This document shows, in pieces, positions 56,071-64,000 of a stretch of 64,000 nucleotides of DNA (positions are counted from its first letter, which is position 1; the number at the start of each line of letters is the position of its first letter). The position numbers were made by a program, and so were the translations under genes. The DNA is from Geosiphon pyriformis uo1 (lineage: Eukaryota > Fungi > Glomeromycota): the NCBI GenBank assembly GCA_016748015.1, contig JAAOMT010000515.1, forward strand, positions 186,001 through 250,000, in the 5' to 3' direction. The notes beneath the pieces are model-generated. The model was not told where the DNA came from, made no database searches, and saw nothing but the letters and a program-made list of their open reading frames with translations.

Positions 56071-58254
56071 ATGATTTTTTTTTACAAAAATATACGCGTA
56101 AAAATCAGTTTTCTATGCTTCCTACTGACGCTTGTATCAGCTAATAACATTATATTGCCAATCTCCAAACCTCAATCAACACTTTCCCCAAAGACACACA
56201 AATTTATTTTTAATGTTTCTAAAAAACTACTTTCTCCAGATGGTTTCGAACGAAAAGTTTGGACAGTCAATGGTCAATATCCTGGGCCTCCAATTCATGT
56301 AATGAAACATGATCGTATCAAAGTAACAGTTGTCAATAACCTTGAAAACGAGGAAACTGCCATTCATTGGCATGGTTTTCTTCAAAAAGGTACACCTTGG
56401 TACGATGGTGCTCCTGGGACAACACAGTGTCCAATTGCTATCGGAAAAAATTTCACATATAACATCAAAGCTAGAGATTCCGGAACATTTTGGTGGTAGG
56501 TATTCGACTATATAATTAGGATTTCAATCTTATTAAATTATTCAATTTTACTCTTGTTCATGTAATTTTTTGAAATTAGGCATTCACATTTCATTGGTCA
56601 ATATGTTGATGGCCTGGCCGGCGCATTAATTGTTCATGATCCAAAAGATCCTTACCTTCCTTTATATGACGAAGAATTTATTGTATATCTTGCTGACTGG
56701 TATCACCAAGAGTCATCTGAATTATTACATGCATTAAAAACACCAGTCTCAGAAGGAGGGGAAGAAGTAGGCAACAACATTTTGTTATTCAAATGTTAAA
56801 TTTTTTGTCAAAGAGAATTCAGCTTCTAAATTTGGACATTATACATTCTTAAGCCTGTAGCCCAAAGCCTTCTTATAAATGGTAAAAACCGATTTAATTG
56901 CACGTATGCTCCCAAAGAATCGAAATGTAACTCAAATGTCAGCCTAGCCAAGTTTCGATTTGAGAAAGATAAACGATACCGTATACGAATAATTAATTCA
57001 AGGTAATAATTTCATCTGTTTACTTTTAATATTTTTTCTGATTTCACGAAGAATAAAACCAATTTGAAAAATTTGATCTATCAGTGCGGATCATACGTTT
57101 TACTACTCAATCGATAACCACCATCTATTAGTAATTGAAGCCGATTCACAACTTGTAAAACTCCAAAAAGTACACAGCCTTAGGATTGAGCCTGGACAAC
57201 GTTATTCCGCGATAGTTAATGCCGATCAAGCAGTTGACAGCTTTTGGATGCGTGCTACAGTTGATGCTGATGAAGACGCTTCGAAGATTGGGCTCAAGCC
57301 CGAGGTCAAGGCTGTTGTACAATACGCTGAGGCACCGAACAAAAATCCACAATCCAAGTCATGGAAAAAAGCTGTCAAAAAGGTCAAAACCCTTCAACAA
57401 AAACATCTGAGACCGTATCGACATCATTCTGTCCCCGGACCTGTCGGTCGAGAACTCATTTTCAAAATTGATTTCAGAGAAGATGAAGAGACCAATGTTT
57501 TAAATGGATTCATTAACAATTCGACAGGACACATCGATATAAAAAATCCAATCTTGAACAAAGTCTTACATGGTTATTCAGTTGATGCAATAACCCAGAC
57601 AACCACAAATGTTTTCGTTTTTGATAAATTTGGAGAGGTCATTCAGATCGTGATTCAAAGTAAGGGAAATCCCCGAATTTGTTTTAAAATCGAACCGATG
57701 ACTTTCTTCACAATATTTTAACCTATATTTTTTACATGAAAACAGATCAAATGGATGAAGACCACCCATTTCATTTAGTAAGTTGCGATACCAGAATATT
57801 CGGGGAAATCGTTTTTTTTATTAATATAATATTTTTTCGACCTTTCACTCTATTTAGCACGGGCATAACTTCTACTGGCTGGGCTCAGGTCCAAACCCTT
57901 ATAATCCCGCAAATTCTACCTTGAACTTAAAAAATCCTCCCTTACGTGACACTTCGAATGTGCCAGCATCTGGCTGGACTGTAATTCGATTCGTAGCGAA
58001 TAATCCTGGCGCTTGGTTTCTTCATTGCCGTAAGTATGAATGTTTGATTTAAGTAAATTCACATTGTGGTATTAGGATTTATTGAATATTTTTTTCTCTT
58101 AGATATTGAATGGCATGTTCAACAGGGTATGTTAGTTCAGTTCCTGGAGCTACCATTGCAATTGAAAGAATATCGACAGCCGGAAGCCGTGACAAATTTG
58201 TGTGACCCATCGTTTGACGATCTTGCATCGAAACAATTGAATGCTACATCTTAA
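56071..58254 (+). CDS. Secreted multicopper oxidase (laccase-like, AA1), 7 exons
   Basis: Signal peptide; L1 HWHG, L2 GTFWWHSH, L3 HPFHLHGH, L4 [19 protein letters not shown] (axial Met). No C-terminal transmembrane helix. Confidence 0.95.
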
Positions 58255-58378
58255 TACATGTAATAGTAATACTGAATAGCCTTGTATAATAATACATTAT
58301 TTAATTATGTAATTCTCCTACTTTCCCAATTTAATGTGGCAAAATTTTGTATTTAAGAGCGGATTAATAGCTCAAACC

Positions 58379-58459
58379 GATGAAATTTTTTAATGGAGAG
58401 GTGATGTTCAGTATTACCCATCTAATTGTGGATATTTCTCCTCCATTAAAGTTTTCATC
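58379..58459. repeat. About 80-nt imperfect inverted repeat (hairpin) downstream of the oxidase gene
   Basis: GATGAAA..TTTAATGGAG..GATGTTCA pairs with TGGATATT..CTCCATTAAA..TTTCATC. Confidence 0.7.
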
Positions 58460-58894
58460 CATTTCGAATCTTAAAATCATTAATTTTTGATCAAAGAACC
58501 AACAATAAAAAGTTTTTAGAATTTGAGAGATCAAAATAAGGTGATTTTATAGAAATGGTAATGTTTTAAAGAAGATGCTGGTTCCTAATATTTTACAAAG
58601 AATTTTGTCTGGAAAGGCATTAGAGAAATTTAATAGCACATAAAAGAAATTTAATAACTCATAAAAGAACAGGGGGGCTAGGCTAAGTATCAAAATTAAG
58701 CTTTATGAATAATATTTCCAAATCAACTAATTATTTGCCCGAAGGCAAAATGAATGCTAAACATTCGAGAGATCATTCAGATATTCTGATTAATGTTTAT
58801 TATAAAAGAAACATGTACATACCTATCTAAAACAAATTAAAGTTTTGCGCAGAAATAATTTGACATCAATCATCAGAGTGGTTAATAGTTGAAC

Positions 58895-60456
58895 ATGTAT
58901 TTTTCTAGTAAGGTTATAACTATTTTGCCGGCACCTATAAAGTTTTCCTGCAGTGTTAGCGTATTAATTATAATCCTGATAATCGTCAACTTGAACCAAA
59001 GTAATCTAAAATTAGAGGAAAGCTTTGAAGAATTCTTAGGGTTTGATCTCAAAAATGCATTGTTATCTGAAGAAAATTTCGAAAATTCAACATTTCACCA
59101 CGAAATAAATATTCCAAAAATGATGAAAAGAGCAATTCCCACAAGAAAGCCAAGGTATCCCCCAAAGGAACAAGTATTTGAAACGAGCACTTTTGAATAT
59201 TTTAACAGAATGGCTCGCTATGCTAACTTGGCATATTGCTCTCAAAAAAATAATGCGGGAAAAGGCGTCAAAAATGCTATAGGTAAAGTTTTTTGCAAAA
59301 GAATAAAAAAATCTCTCGAATAAAATCCACTTGTTTTCACGTAACTTTTTTTTTTTACTTGGTCTTTTATAGCGCATGTTTTTGTTGATATGCCAACAAG
59401 AGATGTGATAATATATTTTGGAGGTCCTCGCCTCTCGATAAAACAATTGGAAGCAAGAAAACCCACCATGGTCTCATTTAAGTCTATTTATTCGGAGATT
59501 CCTATTCCAATGGTGGACGCGAAATGGCTGAAAGACGTAGAACAAATTTATACAATCTTAGTTGCGAAACTACGGGCAATTCTGGAACTTCTTGAGACAA
59601 ATCGAAGAAATTATAGGCTTCCAACAGACAATTTTAAAATTAGATTCACAGGCCATGGAGTTGGAGGAGGTAGGAAGTTATGAAATTAATTTATTTTTCG
59701 ATTTAGAATTTGATGGAATGAATTGAAACAAAAATTTTTGACCATCTTTTTGTTAAAATGCATAACGGTATTGACATTAAACATGATAATTCTATTAACC
59801 TATATTTTGGTTTATTAATTTCAAGTATACGCAATGCTTGCAGCTTTACTTCTGAGACTGGAAGTAATTTCAGAGAGACCTATAAATCAGATTTGGCCTT
59901 ATGTAATTATCGATGTCACTACATTCGGTCAACCCCGTTTCGGAGATTTTGGATTTGCAACACTCTTAAATCGAGTTTTCTCTGATAGTGTTAATCGTAT
60001 CACTCACACAAATGATTTTGCTCCTCAGCTTCCTGTAAAGGGTATTGGTGAAATTTTTCTTCAGCAGCAGGATACAGAATATTGGATTTCTCGGCCCTTG
60101 TGTGATTGCCCAGATGAAAGAATGGCCCCACCAATTGATGACCAAGGCTATTCTGCTCTTTTCCGATGCTATGGGTTTCATCGGAAAAAGGATTGGACTA
60201 AACAATATGTTTGGGCTGGTGAGAATAATGTAAGTTTTTTGACATTATCTTTTTATATGATTTGATTGGATGATATTTTTTGTTTTAATTTTTTGTTTTG
60301 ATAATAATAAATTTGAAGGAATGCAATTTGGGGCAACATTATGCAAAACCAGAAAGCGAAAATTCTCACAACGGTCCTTATTTTGGTATTACAATGGGGG
60401 TTTGTACTACAGGTATGGATGGAGCTTCTCAAGGTAACTTTGACAGTGGATTTTAA
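58895..60456 (+). CDS. Secreted class-3 lipase homologue 1, nucleophile Ser replaced by Gly (pseudo-lipase), 4 exons
   Basis: Hydrophobic N-terminus, KR site (MMKR), ARYANLAYC, FTGHGVGGVYA (canonical GHSLGG), TFGQPRFGD, RITHTNDFAPQLP, EYWI, HNGPYFG. Introns about 59283-59372, 59670-59825, 60229-60318. Stop at 60454-60456. Confidence 0.88.
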
Positions 60457-60579
60457 AATCAGTCTTTGAAACAATAAGATGGAAAAGATATAGGAATATT
60501 AGATTTTTTGAGCTATCATTGTTATGAAAGTATATATGTTTTTTCAAATAGTTGTGGTTATTGAAATATTTGATATTTA

Positions 60580-60710
60580 TCGAATCACCAATGAGGCTTT
60601 TGTTAGCTCTATAGTATACGAATGGCTTGAGTCGAACTCTGATAGATAGATAATGTTATCTATTAATAGCCATCGCCTGAATCATCATATGTTCAAGTGG
60701 TGCCTCCCCA
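60580..60710 (-). ncRNA. Candidate omega-RNA (TnpB/Fanzor guide scaffold) at the element right end
   Basis: Dense complementary segments directly 3' of the nuclease remnant: 60702-60706 with 60593-60597; 60698-60702 with 60586-60590; 60668-60673 with 60622-60627; 60648-60653 with 60656-60661; GAGT-TCG-ACTC at 60629-60639. Confidence 0.55.
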
Positions 60711-60915
60711 AACAGTTAATTTGATTTTTGAAGAAAAAAACATATGATATACTTTCAAATTGTAAACAATCATTTCAAGAAATATTTCACATGCACCATT
60801 AATATTTTTATCTATAAAAAGACCATATTGCTTACATTTAAGATATTAGTTTAGTTGTCAATCCATTCACATCAATTGCATGTTTAGCATTAAACTTCAA
60901 TTTTTGTTATAACTA
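60693..60915 (-). pseudogene. tnpB: C-terminal remnant of a TnpB/Fanzor2 RNA-guided nuclease (Zn ribbon plus RuvC-III)
   Basis: IEV*C*TCN*CEWIDN (60866-60883; pattern E.YTSKTCxxCG), then after a frameshift KCKQYGLFIDKNINGACEIFL (60775-60839; pattern CxxCGxxxDRDxNGARxI). All five deviations in the second motif are single G-to-A or C-to-T changes. Confidence 0.8.
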
Positions 60916-61019
60916 CAAGTAAGTAAATATCTATAAAGCAACAAATTTTGTATACAAATTTATATTCAATATATATTAATAATAAAGTTATGAATATTTG
61001 AATTTAAAGGGGAAATTCT

Positions 61020-61632
61020 AATTTTTGCATCTGACAAATAAAGATGGTATTAATTGCCAAAATATCTTCAGTCAACTCTTGGGCTGCAGTAATAGATGTT
61101 AATGCATCATCATCATCATCATCATCTAAGTCAACTGTGATGATTTTTGTACCATTGAAAAAAAAAATGTGTTCTAAAAGGTTGTATGCAAATGAAAGAA
61201 TTATCATGGTAAACAACCACAACTTATTTAAAAGATATTAATGTGATATATAGAATGAATAAGGTTCAAAAATCAAAAATAATTCTGTGACCATTCTTCA
61301 ATGTGAGAATTCCAATAGGGTTTTAAGGCTGAATCTCTTGAAATTGATTCCACTGGCAGCATCAGTGATGATTTGGTAAGAAGAATAGAGCTTTTAGAGA
61401 TGTTTTTTCGGCCATTTGAGATCCTATCGTTGTTTTGAGCTCAAAGCTCGAATTTAAATATAGCCACAGGATCTAAAGGTTTGAGTGGGAGTTTTAGCAG
61501 TTGTGAAGACATTTTTTAGATTATAAAGACGAACTCCACCCAAATTTCACATAGCACTTAATTTTCCTTGGACGAAGGGTTCTGGAAGAGACTCCAATCT
61601 GTTTGGATGCTTGATGAGCAGAAAAGAGGATT
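61020..61632 (-). pseudogene. tnpA: IS607-type serine recombinase TnpA (MerR-HTH plus resolvase domain), pseudogenised
   Basis: LFSAHQASKQIGVSSRTLR..QGKLSAM*NLGGVRLYNLKNVF (MerR-like HTH); GYI*IRALSSKQR*DLKWPKKHL*KLYSSYQIITDAASGINFKRFSLKTLLE (family pattern YARVSSxKQxxDLxRQ..ITDxxSGxNFKRxGL); VVVVYHD..FAYNLLEHIF..GTKII..QELTEDILAINTIFICQMQ (pattern VVxYxDRLxRFxxELxE..ELxEDLLxIxxVFxxR). Confidence 0.88.
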
Positions 61633-62187
61633 ACTTTTTAAAATGTTTTAACATATTTTTTTAAACATTATTTGTATCTTTTTCAAGTTTGCTAGAAAGC
61701 TTTGAGTTTCGTTTATAAGTAGAGACAATTGATATTCATGAGCAGAAAGATGTAAGCAAGGACAAGAAAATTATAGGATCGCAAATAATATTTATAAGTT
61801 GGAAAAAGCAATAAAATAAACGAAACAGGAAAAAAAAATCATTGATCGATGCTTGCATAACTATTATTTAATAGGCAATGGTCTTTGATATTTTATTAAT
61901 AAAAGGTTTAACCAGAAGCATTAAGCTTGTGAATGAAATCTACATTCCTCATTAAACATAATAAAGAATGAAATCGACTAAAACTTTGATAACCAAATTT
62001 CCAATGAAAGAAAATTCTTTTCATTTTTGTGAATACACATTTTTCACCAATTAATTGGTCACCAAAATCTCGGGTCACGAGTAAATTTTTCCTCATAAAT
62101 GTAAAGTTAATCCCAACCATTTGGATCCTTTATTATCTCATCTTTTGAATCAAAGTTTAATATTTCAAAAAGTCCTACACTATCAAT

Positions 62188-63433
62188 ATGATATTTTATT
62201 TAAAAATTCTTATCATTTTAAGCTTTTTCATATATTCATTAAAAACATCATTAGTGAAAAACCACATTTCAGAATCTTCGAATAGTACTAAAATGATAAA
62301 TGATCCTTTACTAGTCAAATATAATTTCGAGGTTGAACCATTGCTATTCTTAAATAATAACTCACAGAATTTTGAATCTCAAAAAAAATCTAATTTGAAA
62401 CGTAACTACGAACCAAAACAAAAATTTAGAGTTCCAGCAAATGAATTAGACCAACTAAAAACTTTTGCTTGGTTTGGCATGCGAGCTTATTGTCTAAACG
62501 AAGAGTATCGTATTACAGAGGGAATTTTCGGTACCAAATATTTTCAACGTAATATTTTGTGTAATGACATTTTATTCACCTTTACTTTTATTGGGTCTCT
62601 TTTTAAAAGCTGGTGTTGCAGTTCAAGGAAATGAAATTATTTTAATTATTAGAGGAGAACCATTAAACTCCCCTCAATTTTGGATAGAAAACCCCAAGAA
62701 ACTTATTGCCTATCCCAGAAGTAATTATGGGGCCAAAGTTGACGAATACTTTTGGAATAGGTATTTAGAGACTGAACAAAAATTGGGAACAATAATTTTA
62801 GACAGATTGAGAGGCAGAAGCAATATTCAGAAAATTGTTGCAATTGGACATGGCTCTGGTGGTGGTAATTCATCGACCTACCTTTTTACTTTTTCCATCC
62901 TTCGAAAAGAATATTCTCATTAAATTTTTCTTTTCAAGTTTACGCGACATTTCAACTACTTGACTTGATTTATATGCAAGAATTGAAAAGAATGAAATTC
63001 AAAGTTGTTACCTTCGGATCACCTCGTATCGGAAACAAGGAATTTGTGCAACAAGTGAATGATCTACTGGATAAAATTCCTGTACTTCGGTTCACCAATA
63101 TTGACGATTACGTTCCAAGGTTGCCTGGAGCTACTTATCCTAATTATTATGTTCACCATATGAGTGAGTATTGGATTAAAGGTGCTTGTGATTGTAATTC
63201 ACTGGATGTTTACTTGTGTATCGGAAGAGTATCCATGACAACATTTGTTCAAGAGAGTGAGGTAAATTTTTCAAATTAGATCTGTTTTTATTTAGAATAA
63301 AGTTCAATTTAAAAGAAATTTTTTCTAGGTATGTGTCAACCAGTTTGAAACCCATAGTTTTAATGCACATAACGGACCGTATTTAGGTGTGATGATGGGT
63401 TCTTGTTCAAATGAACCGGCACCGACATCGTAA
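62188..63433 (+). CDS. Secreted class-3 lipase homologue 2, nucleophile position Gly (GHGSGG), 4 exons
   Basis: Signal peptide MIFYLKILIILSFFIYSL, KR site (NLKR), FGMRAYC, AIGHGSGGVYA, TFGSPRIGN, RFTNIDDYVPRLP, EYWI, HNGPYLG. The three introns match paralogue 1 in position and phase. Stop at 63431-63433. Confidence 0.88.
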
Positions 63434-64000
63434 AATCGTAGGAATTTGATAAAGGGTGATTGGTTATTTTTTGAAAAATAAAACTGACAAAAAATTTGGG
63501 AGATTTCCTATTTTCCAATCATATAGACTTTTAACTCCTTTTGAGTGAAAACTTGAAAGAAATAAGTATATAGTTTTTCCTTAAAAAAATTTCATTTCAA
63601 CACCTCAACTTTCAAAATACTTGATTTTCTTTTTAAAATATGAAATTCCTCCAAGCGATATATTTATAAAATATTTAATCTTTCAGGTATGACTTCAGAA
63701 ATTTAATATTTAAGTACATTTAAATGAAAACCAGATTTAAATTAATTTTTTATATATTTGAATAGATTTTTTTTTTACAAAATAAATAAATTAACCAAAA
63801 TTTTATCTCAAACGTCTTTTAACGTATACTTTTTAAAAACTAATAAGTATTTTGGGTTATATTACTTTTCTTTTTTCCCAATTTAGGGCTAATATTTAGC
63901 TTTTTTGATATATTGCCTTCCCTCATTTATAATTGCACACAAGAGATTTAAAATTTTTATCGAAAACATTGAAATATGTTTATCATAGATAAGGAGAAAG

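Larger units (their letters stand above)
60580..61640 (-). mobile_element. Decayed, internally deleted IS607-family (Fanzor2-type) element
   Basis: Co-oriented tnpA pseudogene, tnpB/Fanzor C-terminal remnant and structured 3' end, in canonical IS607 order. Element ends approximate. Confidence 0.8.

Noticed and set aside
58735-58749. TTTGCC-CGAA-GGCAAA mini-hairpin (UUCG loop on the minus strand)
   Set aside because: A 6-bp stem is expected by chance in 64 kb; no supporting context.
61004-61241. ORFs 61004-61222 (-) and 61044-61241 (+) as stand-alone small genes
   Set aside because: The minus ORF is the C-terminal piece of the tnpA pseudogene with a (GAT)n expansion; the plus ORF is its shadow.
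1-64000. tRNA/rRNA genes, telomeric repeats, or bacterial/endosymbiont origin of the window
   Set aside because: None recognised; spliceosomal introns throughout show the window is eukaryotic nuclear DNA.

Overview
AT-rich, intron-rich fungal nuclear DNA. The gene and repeat content (RNase H-tailed LINEs, an intronless F-box/LRR gene, class-3 lipase paralogues, a dUTPase-like relic) points to Glomeromycota, plausibly Geosiphon pyriformis; this is inference only. I reconstruct ten host genes: a TLC-like membrane protein, a half-size ABCG transporter, a single-C2-domain protein missed by the ORF track, a heme-thiolate peroxidase, an F-box/LRR protein, an NTPase, MSH5, a laccase-like multicopper oxidase and two tandem lipase-3 homologues lacking the catalytic Ser. 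Between them lie blocks of extremely AT-eroded transposons: an eroded repeat family in several copies, an old full-length LINE nested in one copy, a young 5'-truncated LINE with poly(A) and TSD, a 303-bp MITE and a Tc1 DD34E relic. The main find is on the minus strand between the two pseudo-lipases (about 60580-61640). It is a decayed, internally deleted IS607-type element: a MerR-HTH/serine-recombinase TnpA with an apparent intron, then the C-terminal Zn-finger/RuvC-III part of a TnpB/Fanzor2 nuclease, then a structured candidate omega-RNA. The repeats also show C-to-T/G-to-A hypermutation that is not restricted to CpG (RIP-like). Exon boundaries were derived by hand, and boundaries of eroded repeats are approximate.
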